Assembly (NCBI GenBank): GCA_963720435.1 | Contig: CAVRFR010000005.1 | Location: forward strand, 45,748-109,747 | Reading direction: 5' to 3' | From: an uncultured Actinomycetota bacterium | GTDB lineage: Bacteria; Actinomycetota; Actinomycetes; Propionibacteriales; Nocardioidaceae | Length of the DNA stretch: 64,000 bases | In this document: positions 27,808-39,536 of the stretch, piece after piece | Position numbering within the stretch: position 1 is the first letter of the stretch | Layout of the letters: every line of letters starts with the position of its first letter | Notes under the pieces: generated by a model | The model's input: the letters and a program-made list of their open reading frames with translations, nothing else | The model's database searches: none | What the model was told of the DNA's origin: nothing | Translations under genes and position numbers: made by a program

Positions 27808-28998
27808 GGTCGGCGCTGCTCCTCGATGGAGGCCAGCCCGCGGAGCTCGGCGAGCCGGAGCACGCCGGTCTCGGCGTCGTGCTCGCGGTCGAGGTAGACC
27901 CGCTGCACGGCGACCACGACCGCCTCGGCGACCACGTCGCGGAACGTCGGGTCGCTGAGCCGCGCCGCGTCGCCGGGGTTGGTGAGGTAGCCGACGTCGA
28001 CCCTGACCGCGGGCATCCGCGTGCGCCGCAGCAGGTCCCACGTCTTCTTGTGCGAGCGGAGGTCGGCGAGGTCGGTGCGGGCGACGATCTCGCGCTGCAC
28101 CAGGCCGGCGAAGCGCTCGCCGACCGAGGAGGTGACGCCGTGCGCCTCGGAGCCGTAGAAGTAGGTCGAGACGCCCGCGGCGTCGGGGTTCTCGGAGCCG
28201 TCGACCTGCAAGGAGATGCACAGGTGCGCGTCCGCGCGGTTGGCGAACTCCGCACGCGCCTCCTCGGTCTCCTCGGTGGCGCCACCGGTGTTGGTCAGGT
28301 AGGCCTGCACGCCGGTCGCGACCAGCCGGCCCTCGACGCGGCGGGCGAGGTCGGTGGTGATCCGGTCGGCCCGCAGCCGCATGGCCGGGTCGTCGAAGCG
28401 ACCCACCGCCGGGTCGATCACCACGATCTTGCCGGTCAGCTGGGGGCCGGCCCGCCGGATCCGCTCCTCGGCCCGCATCGCGTTGGGGCTGCCGCCGCGC
28501 ACCATCGGGGCAAGCCGCGACAGCGCCTTCAGCGTCGCGGGGCCGCAGGTGCCGTCCGGCGGGATGCCGATGTTGCGCTGGAAGTCGCGCACCGCCTGCT
28601 CGGTGCGGTGACCGAACCGGCCGTCGAGCTTGCCGACCTTGAACCCGAGGTCGAGCAGCCGCTGCTGCAGCGCGAGCACGTCGTCACCGGCGAGCAGGTT
28701 GCCGGCGGTGTGGGTCAGCAGCCGGTCGCCGAGCCGCCAGCGGGCCTCCTCGAGCGCGCGGTAGGTGCTGGTGCCGACGATGCCGTCCACGCTGAGGCCG
28801 CGCTGCTGCTGGAAGGCCCGGACCGCCCGGTCGACGCTCTCGTCGAACGTGTCGTCGATGCCTCGAGACATCGTGCGGGAGCAGCTCCAGCAGGCCGAGC
28901 CGGGAGCGGATCTCCGCCACCGCGCGTCCGCGGTCGCCGAGGGAGAAGAGCGCAGGCGTGGGTCGGGTGGCGAGCGAGTCGCTGGAGAGCCCGGACAT
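27804..28998 (-). CDS. cwlM: CwlM-like protein: peptidoglycan-binding domains + amidase_3 fold (frameshift near 28860)
   Basis: [49 protein letters not shown]; synteny with trxA/GNAT. Confidence 0.85.
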
Positions 28999-29093
28999 GC
29001 TGCCTCCTCACCAGGCTGGGATGGCGGCGGATGGTCCACCCAAACAGGTTTCGGCCTCGTTAGCCAAGGTCGGGCCGTGGTGGAGCAAGGTTG

Positions 29094-29130
29094 ACAGAAC
29101 GCCCGCCCTCCGGAAGGGAGGACGGGCGTC
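29094..29130 (-). terminator. Intrinsic terminator hairpin after trxA
   Basis: ACGCCCGTCCTCC-CTTCC-GGAGGGCGGGCGT followed by TCTGT on the minus strand. Confidence 0.75.
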
Positions 29131-29158
29131 CGAGTGCGGTGTCGCAGGTAACGCGGGG

Positions 29159-29488
29159 TCAGCGCGATGAACTCTTGGAGCTCGTTGAGCAGGGCCGCCT
29201 TGGGCCGGGCGCCGACGATCTGCTTGACGAGCTCGCCGCCCTTGAAGACGTTGATCGTCGGGATGCCGGTGACGCGGTACGACGCCGGGGTGACCGGGTT
29301 CTCGTCGACGTTCATCTTCACGAAGTCGAGCTTGTCGCCGTGCTCGTTGGCGATCTCCTCGAGGATCGGGTCGACCTGGCGGCACGGTCCGCACCACTCG
29401 GCCCAGAAGTCCACGAGGACGGGCTTGTCGGACTTCAGCACCGAGGTGTCGAAGTCGGCATCGGTGACGGCCTTCATGTCTTGGCCAA
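29159..29488 (-). CDS. trxA: Thioredoxin (ends approximate because of indels)
   Basis: [21 protein letters not shown]. Confidence 0.93.
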
Positions 29489-29532
29489 CGGTCTCTCCTC
29501 GTTCGGGGGTTGGTAGGTGGTTGCGCTTAGTG

Positions 29533-29559
29533 AACACGATCCCGGGGACGTTTCTTCCC
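29533..29559 (-). promoter_or_regulatory. SigR/SigH-type promoter upstream of trxA
   Basis: GGGAAG-N18-GTT on the minus strand. Confidence 0.6.
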
Positions 29560-29571
29560 TCGGTCGTCTCC

Positions 29572-30566
29572 TCAGGCGCCGGCGGTCTCCAGCTCGGTCC
29601 TCGCGGCGCTGCCGGCGCTCGAGGCCGTCGTGGTCGAGTGCGGCGAGGAAGCGCTCCGCGTCGAGGGCGGCCGCGCAACCGGTGCCGGCCGCGGTGACCG
29701 CCTGCCGGTAGTGGTGGTCGACGAGGTCGCCGCAGGCGAAGACGCCGGAGAGGTTGGTGCGGGTCGAGGGCTGGTCGACCAGCACGTAGCCGTTCTCGTC
29801 GAGGTCGACCTGGCCGCCGAGCAGCTCCGAGCGAGGGTCGTGACCGATCGCGATGAACAGCCCGGTGGCGTCGAGGTGACGGGTCTCGCCGGTGACGGTG
29901 TCGGACAGCGTGAGGCCGGTCAGCTTGTCGTCGCCGTGGATCTCCTCGACGGCGGAGTTCCAGGCGAAGTCGATCTTCGGGTCCGCGAAGGCCCGCTCCT
30001 GCATGATCTTCGAGGCGCGCAGCTCGCCGCGGCGGTGGATCAGCGTCACCTTGCTGCCGAAGCGGGACAGGAACGTCGCCTCCTCGACGGCGGAGTCGCC
30101 GCCGCCGACGACCGCGATGTGCTGGTCGCGGAAGAAGAAGCCGTCGCAGGTGGCGCACCACGAGACGCCGTGGCCGGAGAGCCGCTCCTCGTCGTCGATG
30201 CCGAGCTTGCGGTAGCCCGAGCCGGTCGCCAGGATCACCGCGCGGGCGCGGTGCTCGTTGCCGGCGCCGTCGGTGACCACCTTCACGTCGCCGGTCAGGT
30301 CGACGGCGGTGACGTCGTCGGCGACCAGCTCGGCACCGAACCGCTCGGCCTGTGCCCGCATCTCGTCCATCAGCTGCGGGCCCATGATGCCGTCGCGGAA
30401 GCCGGGGAAGTTCTCGACGTCGGTGGTGTTCATCAAGCGCGCCACCGGCGGTCACCGAGCCCTCGAACATCAGCGGTGCGAGGTTCGCGCGCGCGGCGTA
30501 CAAGGCGGCCGTGTAGCCGGCTGGGCCGGAGCCGATGATGATGATGTTGCGGGTGTTGTCCGTCAT
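29572..30566 (-). CDS. trxB: Thioredoxin-disulfide reductase (frameshifts near 30440 and at the 3' end)
   Basis: [41 protein letters not shown]. Confidence 0.95.
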
Positions 30567-30630
30567 CGAGGTGAGGGCCTCTTCCTGGTCGTTGCAACCC
30601 CGTCGCAGGTGGCTCGGGGCACGCGATAAG

Positions 30631-30657
30631 AACAGATCCTAGGTGCCCGGCATTCCC
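30631..30657 (-). promoter_or_regulatory. SigR/SigH-type promoter upstream of trxB
   Basis: GGGAAT-N18-GTT, exact match to the actinobacterial thiol-stress ECF consensus. Confidence 0.75.
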
Positions 30658-31359
30658 TCAGCGAGTGGGCACCGACACGCTCGCGAGCGGGCTGCCGGCG
30701 CCGTCGCAGGAGTAGATCCTGGCCTGTCGCTCCCCGTCTCGAGCGGGCCCGACGACCAGCGTCGCCGGACGCCCGTCCAGGCGTACGACGAACAGGGACG
30801 CGCCGCGGCCGGTGAACGGGCGGGCGCAGTCGGCCGGTGCGTCGGGGGCGGTCCGGCGCCTTCAGGCCACCGACGCGCTGGGCTCGCAGCAGGCGCTCCC
30901 ACGTCTGTGGACAGGGTCGAGGAGTGCAGCAGCGGCAGGGCGCCCTGGCCGGCGGACTTCTCCGGCGAGGCCACGCTGCCCGCCCGCCGAAGGCGTGGTC
31001 GAGGGAGCAGCGCCGCCGGCGTCCGAGCTCGCGGCCTTCTCCGCGCTGGTCGAGTCGCCCCCGCCTCCGAGGGTGCCGAAGCCGCCTGTCGCCACGGCGC
31101 CACCGACGGCAACGATGACCGCTACGGCTGCCGCGGCGACCACCACGTTCGGCCACCGCCGCTTGCGGCGCGCGGCCAGCTCGTCGGCGGCCGCGCCCAC
31201 GTGCTCCTTGGGCTGGCCCTTGGGACCTGCGAGGTCTGCGAGCACCTCGTCGAGCCGGTTCGCGACCTCAGGCGGCATCCGGCCCGGATCGTCGGCCTGG
31301 GCAGCCGCACGCAGCGCGCGACGCACCTGCTCCTCCTGCTCAGGCGTCATCGCGGTCAC
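30658..31359 (-). CDS. Putative membrane anti-sigma factor for SigM (frameshifted)
   Basis: MPPEVANRLDEVLA, single TM AAAAVAVIVAVGG, C-terminal Cys; immediately downstream of sigM. Confidence 0.7.
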
Positions 31360-32050
31360 CTCCCTGTCCGGTCGCGGGGTCCAGTGATGCGACGTTTCGC
31401 GATCCTGGTGGGTTCCCCGACTCGGTGGACCGGTGCTCCAGCAGCAGCGGCAGCAGCTTCGCGCGTCCCCGCGAGCACCGGCTCTTGACGGTGCCGGGTG
31501 CGCACTCCAGGATCGCGGCGGTCTCCTCGACCGAGTAGCCCTCCATGTCGACGAGGACGAGCGCCGCGCGCTGGTCGAGCGGCAGGGTCTGCAAGGCCGC
31601 GAGCACCGCGGTCCTCCGCTCGTGGTCGAGGGCCAGGTCGGCCGGGTCGACGACGGCCGCTGACGGGTCCACGTCGCTGCCGACCGGGCGCGGATGCGGC
31701 GTGGCGGAGCCGGTGCGTCGTGGCCCCGGCTCGAGGCCGGGGTCGTCGGGCAGCGGCTCGGCCAGCCTCACCCTGCGACGACGCAGCCGGTCCAGGCACG
31801 CGTTGACGACGATGCGGTGCAGCCACGTCGTGACAGCCGCATCGCCGCGGTAGGAGCCGGCCCGGCGGAACGCGGCGATCAGCGCGTCCTGCAAGGCGTC
31901 GGCAGCCTCTTCGGGGTCCGCGGTGGTGCGCAGCGCCACCGCCCACAACCGGTCACGGTGCCGCTCGAACAGCGTCCCGAACGCCTCCGCGTCGCCGTCG
32001 ACGTGGGCCTGCAGCAGCGCCCGGTCGTCGCGCTGCTCGTCCCGGCTCAT
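31340..32050 (-). CDS. sigM: ECF sigma factor SigM
   Basis: RHRDRLWAVALR, DALQDA, TTWLHRIVVNACLDR, GTVKSRCSRGR; conserved position before trxB. Confidence 0.9.
   Translation of the reverse strand: MSRDEQRDDRALLQAHVDGDAEAFGTLFERHRDRLWAVALRTTADPEEAADALQDALIAAFRRAGSYRGDAAVTTWLHRIVVNACLDRLRRRRVRLAEPLPDDPGLEPGPRRTGSATPHPRPVGSDVDPSAAVVDPADLALDHERRTAVLAALQTLPLDQRAALVLVDMEGYSVEETAAILECAPGTVKSRCSRGRAKLLPLLLEHRSTESGNPPGSRNVASLDPATGQGGDRDDA
31390..31416 (-). promoter_or_regulatory. SigM-type promoter inside the sigM 3' end
   Basis: GGAAC-N17-CGTCG on the minus strand, about 30 nt before the anti-sigma start. Confidence 0.55.
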
Positions 32051-33941
32051 GACCGGACGGACACCTCGGCGACCTGGCCGCGGAAGCCGCCGTCGGCCGC
32101 GGGCAGCGAGGTCAGCCACACCACCAGCCAGCGGGTCTTCGTCGGCTTGTCGAGCTTGAGGTCGACGTCCGTGCCCGCAGCGGCGGCCGACGCCACCTCC
32201 GAGAGCCCGTCGGTGCTCGTCGGGGCGGACGTCGCGTCGGGCGCAGCCAGGATCTCGAGCGAGGTGGGGCTGCCGATCAGCTTCAGCCGCACCTCGCCGA
32301 CGCGTGCCGGCTTGCCGAGGTCGACGAGCAGGCCGACACCGCTCTTGAGCCCACCGAGCTTCGGGTCGCCCTGGTAGGTGAGGGTCTGCCACGCCGTTGC
32401 GGGGTTGCCGTCCACCGCCAGCGGGGCCGACTCGGGGTTCTCCTCGGGCGGGTCGCCCTCCGGGTCGAAGTCGGTGACGGACGCGATCGAGAGCTTGGTG
32501 CTCGTGGTCGGGAGATGGCGACGGTGACGAGGAGGGCCCGCCGCCCGCCTGGCTGTCGTCGGAGCCTCGGCCCAGGTTGAACGCGAACACCACCGCCACG
32601 ATCACCAGCAGCAGCACCGCCAGCCCCACTGCTAGCCGTTGCCACGACCGCCCGGGCACCTCGTCCCGGTCGTGGTCGTCCCAGCCCGGGTCGGCGGGCG
32701 GGGGCTCGTCGGCGTCGGGCCCCCACGCCGATGGGACCTTGCCGCTTGCTGAGCCGGCGCCGACGCTCTGCCACTCACCGGTCACCGGATCGACGACGAG
32801 CTCCGAGGACGAGCCTCGCGTCGACGCCCCCGGCCCGTGCCGCCGCCGAGGGACCTTCGGCGAACAGCGGTCGCTCCGCGCGTGGCTCGGGGGGTGGCTG
32901 GGCGGCGTGACTGTGTCCGCGACTCGGAGGTGATCCCGAGAAGCATCGGGGAGGCCGCCTGGGTTGCCTCGGGGTCGGAGCCGGCGTCCGACGTGCCCAT
33001 GGCCGGCATGGCGTCGGTTGCGGGCAGGTCGTTGGTGTCGGTCTCGCCGCCCAGCTCGTCCGTCGACTCGCCGGTCGACTCCTGCGCCGACTCGTCGAGG
33101 GAAGCCTGCGACGGTCCGGCCAGCTGCTGCTGTGCCTGATCGACCGCCGCTGCTCCTGGATCCCCGATGTAGTCGCTGAGCGCCGCCCACACCTCGTGCG
33201 CGGACTCGATCGGCGTCACGTTGGCGTGTGCCTGCGGGTTGAGCACCCGCTCGCAGATCGCGTCGAGTGGGCGGGGTACGCCGGCGCGGACCTGTCGCGG
33301 TCGCAGCGGCCGGCCGTGCTCGGTCGGCGCCTCGTGGATCGTCGCGCCGCTCGTGCCCGGCCACCGGCCGACGAGCGCGGCGTACAGCAGCGCGCCGAGG
33401 TTGCGGACGTCGCGACTCTGCTCGTCCTCGGCAGTCTGGTCCTCGCCCGACCGGAGCCCCGGTGCAGCACCGCGTCGACGACGAAGCCGACGAGCTTCAC
33501 CGAGCCGGCCTCGGAGATCATCACGTTCTGGGGGAGCAGCCGGCCGTGGCTGACGCCGTGCCGGTGGGCGCTGCTGATCGCCTCGGCGACCTCCCGCACC
33601 ACCCACGCCGCACGACGCGCAGAGAGCGGCCCGTCGGCCAGCAGCCGGTCGAGGGAGACCCCCGATCCCCACTCGTTGACGACGTAGACCATCCCGTCCC
33701 CGGCCGCGGCGTCGAGCACTCGCAGCAGGTGGGCGTCGGTGACCAGTGCCGAGGTGCGGGCCGCGGTGAGGAGCGGCTGCGCGCGCTCGTCGGAGTCGGC
33801 CAGCAGGTGCACGGCGACACTGCGCACGAGGGTCCGGTCGGTGGCACGCCAAAACGATGCACCGTCGTTCTCGTCGAGCAGGTCGTCGAGGACGAACCGC
33901 CCGGCGAGCACGGTGCCTGGGGTGAAGTCGGTGCCGGCCAC
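32047..33941 (-). CDS. Membrane pseudokinase (MviN kinase-homology-like) with TM and extracellular beta domain (frameshifted)
   Basis: LAGRF, WRATDRTLVRSVAV, degenerate HGRLLPQNV and KLVGF, RPRQVRAGVP; TM; VDGNPATAWQT...KSGVGL. Confidence 0.8.
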
Positions 33942-33977
33942 GGCGTCCCATGCTACGGGCCATGAACGGGTGCGGCG

Positions 33978-35747
33978 TCAGCGACGCAGCCGTGCCGTGA
34001 GCAGCGCGATGATGCTGGTCACCTCGGTGATCCGCATCAATCGGGCGAGGCCGACGAACACGGCGATGTCGACCAGACCCGTGATCGCCGAGCAGCGACG
34101 ACCGCCTGCACCTTGCCGGCGTCGGCTCCGCTCGCCGATCCCCAGACCTGCTCCACGCCCAGCTTCACCGCCCAGGCGAGTCGCGGCGGCCACCCCCGCT
34201 GCCAGGAGCAGCCGCACCAGGAACCGGACCAGCACCGGGGTCTCGAGCCCGCCGAGCATGCGCCGCAGCAGGGAGTAGGACACCACGGCACCCACCAGGT
34301 AGGAGCCTGCGTAGGCGAGCACCAGTCCGGGCGCGGTGCCGGAGGCGGAGACCTCTCTGGTGAACGCCACGGCGAGGACGATGTTGGTCGCTGCGATCAC
34401 GCACTGCACGTAGAAGACGGTGCGGTTGCGCTCGAGCGCGTAGAACCCGCGCAGCATCAGGTAGTGCGTGGTGAACAGCACCAGCCCGGGAGCGAACAGC
34501 GCGAGCGAAACCGCCAGGGCCTGCACGCTGGAGCGGCCGGCGCCGTAGCCGATCAGCACGTTGCTCAGGTCCAGCGCGATCAGCGGCAGCAGCAGCGCGA
34601 ACGGGATGATCAGCGCGTACGCCGTCCGCAGCGTCGATGCCACGCTGCGCGCCAACCCGCCGAGGTCGGAGTCGGCGGCGTAGGCCGACAGCCGCGGCAG
34701 CATCGCGGTCGCGAGCGAGACCGTCACGATCGAGTGCGGCACCATCACCAGCAAGAACGCGTTGGAGTAGATGGTGTAGCCGGTGCCCTGGTCGCCGGGG
34801 CCGCAGAGATGGGCCGCCGCTCGCGCCGTGCCGGAGGACGCGATGCGGACCACGACGGTGTAGGCGACCTGGTTGACGATGACGAACAGCCAGCGTCCAG
34901 ACGCCGAGCCGCATGGTGTGCCCGAGACCCGTGCCGCGCCAGTCGAAGCGGGGCCGGAACGAGAAGCCGGCCCGCTTCAGGAACGGGATGAGGACCAGGA
35001 ACTGCACGACGATGCCGAGCGTGGAGCCGAGGCCGAGCAGCAGCTCCTGGGAGGTGGTGTAGCCGCCGACGGTGGAGCCCGGGTCCGCCGATCAGCGCGC
35101 GGGTCGGCGGTGCCGGTGCCGCAGAGGTCCTGCACCGGACCGAATCGCCACAGGTAGGTGGCGAGCACGAGCGACCGAGATGACGTTGTTGGCGATCGGC
35201 GCCCACATCATCGGGCCGAAGCGTGCCGCGTGCGTTGAGCACCTGGCCGACCAGCACGAACATCCCGTAGAAGAAGACCTGCGGCAGGCAGTAGCGCGCG
35301 AAGGCGATCACCGACTCGCGCTGCGGCGCCAGCTCGGGGCTGAAGAAGCTGCCGTCGAGGAACAGCCGCATCAGCATCGGCGCGCAGATCACCAGCACCG
35401 CGGTGACGCCGGCCAGGAACACGCGCGGCGAGCGTGATGATCCGGTTGGTGTAGCCGTCGCCGCCGTCGGCGTCGAACTTCTGCGCCCGGACCAGCTGCG
35501 GCACCAGCACCGCGTTGAAGACGCCGCCGGCCAGCAGGATGTAGAGCATGTTCGGGATCGTGTTGGCGATCGTGAACACGTCGGCGTGCAGGGCCTGGCC
35601 CAGCGCGGCCGCGAGCAGGGCGCTGCGCACGAAGCCGCTGAGCCGGGAGACCACCGTGCCGGCGGCCATCACGGCGCTGGAGGACAGGATGCTCGCGTCG
35701 GTGCCGGTGTCGGACCCGCTCGCCGGAGTGGTCATGCGGAGCGTCAT
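33978..35747 (-). CDS. murJ: Lipid II flippase MurJ/MviN (frameshifted)
   Basis: GTVVSRLSGFVR, ANTIPNMLYILLAGGVFNAVLVPQL, LPQVFFYG, APIANN; many TM segments. Confidence 0.9.
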
Positions 35748-38060
35748 GCCTTGAGCTCCTGGCCCGGCCGGTCGGTCCGCTCCCGCGGCAGCAGCGGGCC
35801 GTGCGTGGTCTTGCGGCGACGGATCCGCCGGTAGAGCCGGACCACGATCGCGATCAGCAGCAGTCCGCCGCCGATCGCCATGATCACCCAGATCACCGTG
35901 CTGACGTTGCTGGTGCGCACGCTGAAGCGGGCGGTGCTGCCGAGCGGCTGACCCGCGGCGTCGGTGGTCACCAGCGTCACCGAGTGGACGCCGATGTCGT
36001 GGGAGCTGGCCTGCAGCCGGATCGACGTACGGCGCCCGGGTCCGAGGGTGACCGGGTCGACCTTCTCCACCTCGAGGCCGGCGCCGGGCGTCGAGACCTT
36101 GAGGCCCACGGTGACGGTCTGGTCGAGCCCGTTGACCAGCGGTGACCTGGATCGGCCCGGACTCGCCGGACATCATCACGAACGCCGGTCCCTCGACGCG
36201 CACGCCCGCCATCTCGGCCGCACGTAGGCGCCGGTGTCGGCGACCTGGTCGCGCACCAGCTGCGGATGGATGCGGGCGTTGTACGACGAGGCCAGCATCG
36301 CGATCCGCGAGATGTCGTCGTCGACGCTCTGGTTGGCGCTGAGCAGCCGGTCGAACTGCTGCCCGGTGCGGGTCGACGTCGCGAGTGGTCAGCAGGTTCG
36401 TCACCGGGAGCTGTGCCGTCCGGTCGGACTGCGGGTAGACCGGTGCCTCGGTGCTGTCGCGGGGAGCTGTCGGCGCGGTGGCGACCACCGAATTGAGGTC
36501 GACCAGCTGCAGCCACGGCTGCGACAGCCCGCTGAAGAAGTCGGAGCTGGCCCAGGCGTCACCGGGGTCCCAGTACTGCGGCATCGACACCACGAGCGGC
36601 TCGTCCCGGTCTGCTCGACAGCGCGTGCAGAGCGGCGTCGCTGAGCAGCCGCTGCCGCACCGGGAGCGCGGCGAACTGCGAGTTCGGCGCCGGCCCACCG
36701 GCGCCCGCCGCGGCGTCGGTGAGCACCACCGGGGAGCGTCCCGGCGGCGCCACCACCGGGCTGCTCGCGTCCGGGAGTGCGGCCTGGCGTCAGCACGACC
36801 GGGGTGTCCGCGCCGATCCGGCGCAGCGCCGCGGCCGGGAGGTAGCCGCCGGTCGGGGCCACCAGCTTCGTGGGCCGGTCCACGCCGTAACCGGCCAGGG
36901 TCGTGGCGCTCAGTCCGACGGCCTGCCGGTAGAGCGCGTCGAGCCCGCTGCCCGGCCGGCGCCGAGCGCGGAGGCCACGTCGAGGTCGCGCGTAGGGAAG
37001 GGCGGCCACGGTGCGATCAGGCGCCTGCCGGCGGAACTCGGCGAGCCAGATCCGGGCGGACACGGCGTCCTCGGACGGCTTCGGCGTTGTCTGCTCGTCG
37101 CCGTCGCTGTCCCCGCTCTGGTCGGGCTGGCTGCTCGGCGACGGCGAGGGGTCTGTCGACGGGTCGCTGGACGGCTCGCTCGACGGGGTCTGCGAGGGGG
37201 ACTCCGAGCTGCCCTGGTCACCGCCGCCGCTCGGGCCTGGGTCGAGCGGGAGGGTTGTCGCGTGCCACCGACTGGGCCGCGTCGAGGACGGCGGGGTCGA
37301 TCGCCCAGGTGAACGGCTGCCGGTCGTGGCTGCTCAGCCGCAGCAACCGGTCGAGCCGACCGTCCGAGGAGAGCCGCTGTCTGCCACCGGTTGATGTTGA
37401 GCAGCCGGCCGGCCGGGCCGCGACGGACCGGCGCCTTGATCGGCACGACCAGCGCGAGCCGGGTGCGTGCCCGCTGACCCGCCGCGCTTCCGGGTGCCGG
37501 GCAGCAGCGGCATGAACGTGCGGGCCCGACCGTCGGCCACCGTGTCGCGTCCGCTGCCCTCCTCGCCGAGGACGTGGACGCCCACCCAGTAGACCCCCGG
37601 GTCTCCCGTGATGCCCAGGTCTCGCCGGGGCACCGAGAGCCGGTAGGACGCCGACTCGCCAGGCCCGAGGTCGCCAACGGTCGAGTACGAACCAGGTTCG
37701 GTGCGCCGGTTGCCGACCTGGGCGTCGGCGTCGCTCCGGGCGGCGGTGGCGAGCTCGCTGCGGCTGCGGATCGGCGCCGGGGAGGTGAGCAGGTAGGCGT
37801 TGAGGTTCGACCAGGTCTCCTGCGACCGGTTGGTGATCGGTGCCGCTCAGCGTCACGCGGCCGCGCTGCGGGATCGTCGCCGGAGCAAGCGTGGCGATGG
37901 TGACCCGCAGGGGCGACTGGTCGGCCTTCGCGCGCTGCGCCGAGCCGACGGACCCGGTGACCGAGCCGGCGGCCGCGGGCGCGAGCAGCAGGCTGCCGAC
38001 GCCGAGCGCCGTCACCGCGAGCGCGCACGCGAGCCTGCGGGGCCACGCGGGACGAATCAC
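35744..38060 (-). CDS. DUF6049-like secreted/membrane-anchored protein (many frameshifts)
   Basis: Signal peptide, PGVYWVGVHVLG, WAIDPAVLDAA, C-terminal TM; upstream of murJ and divergent from cca. Confidence 0.7.
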
Positions 38061-38130
38061 CCCGCAAGGCTAATGGCCGAGCTCCTCCGCCGACCGGACC
38101 CGGCAACCCGCTGGCATAGAGTTGCCGGTC

Positions 38131-39526
38131 ATGTCCAGCCAGCGTGACCTACCGCCGGTCATCGACGAGCTGGGTGCGAGGTTCGCCGATGCCGGCGAGG
38201 AGCTCGCACTGGTCGGCGGCCCGGTCCGGGACGCGATGCTCGGCCGGCTCCACCAAGACCTCGACTTCACCACGTCGGCGCGGCCCGAGACCACCGAGCG
38301 GCTGCTCACCGGCTGGGCGGACGCCACCTGGGACATGGGCCGCGTCGTTCGGGACGATCGGCTGCCGCAAGGGCGAGTGGCAGATCGAGATCACGACGTA
38401 CCGCTCCGACGCCTACGAGCCGGACTCGCGCAAGCCGGAGGTGTCGTACGGCGACACCCTCGCCGGCGACCTGGGTCGTCGCGACTTCACCGTCAACGCG
38501 ATGGCGGTGACCCTGCCGGAACGGGCTTTCGAGGACCCGTTCGGGGGCCGCGACGACCTCGCGCGCAAGGTGCTGCGAACGCCCGGCCGGCCCGAGGACT
38601 CGTTCTCCGACGACCCGCTGCGGATGATGCGGGCCGCTCGGTTCTCCGCCCAGCTGGGGTTCACGGTCGACCCTGCCGTGGTGCGCGCGATGACCGACAT
38701 GGCGGGCCGCATCGAGATCGTGTCGGCGGAGCGGGTGCGTGAGGAGCTGGTCAAGCTCGTCGTCGCGCCGTACCCCCGTCGTGGGCTCACGCTGCTCGTG
38801 GAGACCGGGCTGGCAGGCATCGTGCTGCCCGAGCTGCCCGCCCTGGCCCTCGAGCGCGACGAGCACCACCGGCACAAGGACGTCTACGAGCACACGCTGC
38901 GGGTGCTCGAGCAGACCATCGAGCTGGAGCCGAGGCTGCCCGGCGGAGGCCCGGACTTCGTGGCCCGGTTCGCGGCGCTCATGCACGACGTCGGCAAGCC
39001 GCGCACCCGACGGTTCCAGGACGACGGCACGGTGACCTTCCACCACCACGACGTCGTCGGCGCGAAGCTGACCCGACAGCGGATGAAGACGCTGCGGTTC
39101 TCCAACGACACCATCGACGCGGTGTCGCACCTCGTGGAGCTGCACCTGCGCTTCCACGGCTACGGCTCGGGGGAGTGGACCGACTCCGCCGTGCGCCGCT
39201 ACGTGCGCGACGCAGGCGACCAGCTGGAGCGCCTGCACGTGCTGACGCGGGCGGACTGCACGACGCGCAACCAGCGCAAGGCCGAGCGGCTGCGACGCGC
39301 CTACGACGACCTCGAGGCACGCATCGCCCGGCTCGAGCAGGAGGAGGAGCTCGCCTCGATCCGCCCGGACCTCGACGGCAACCAGATCATGGAGATCCTC
39401 GGCATCGGCCCGGGGCGGGAGATCGGCGCGGCGTACCGCTTCCTGCTGGACCTGCGCCTCGAGAACGGCCCGATGTCGCACGACGCCGCGGCCGAGGCGC
39501 TGCGGGCGTGGTGGGCCGCCCGCTGA
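38131..39526 (+). CDS. CCA tRNA nucleotidyltransferase, PcnA-like with HD domain (frameshift near 38345)
   Basis: LVGGPVRD, DLDFTT, RRDFTVNAMA, DDPLRMMRAARF, MHDVGKP. Confidence 0.93.
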
Positions 39527-39536
39527 AGGTCGCGCG

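Noticed and set aside
27804-30566. 920-aa ORF suggesting a TrxB-TrxA-CwlM fusion
   Set aside because: Made by separate indels; it reads through off-frame trxB, a promoter and a terminator hairpin
31340-33364. 674-aa ORF suggesting a membrane-anchored SigM fusion
   Set aside because: Frameshifts in the upstream pseudokinase gene; sigM has its own ATG at 32050 overlapping the upstream stop
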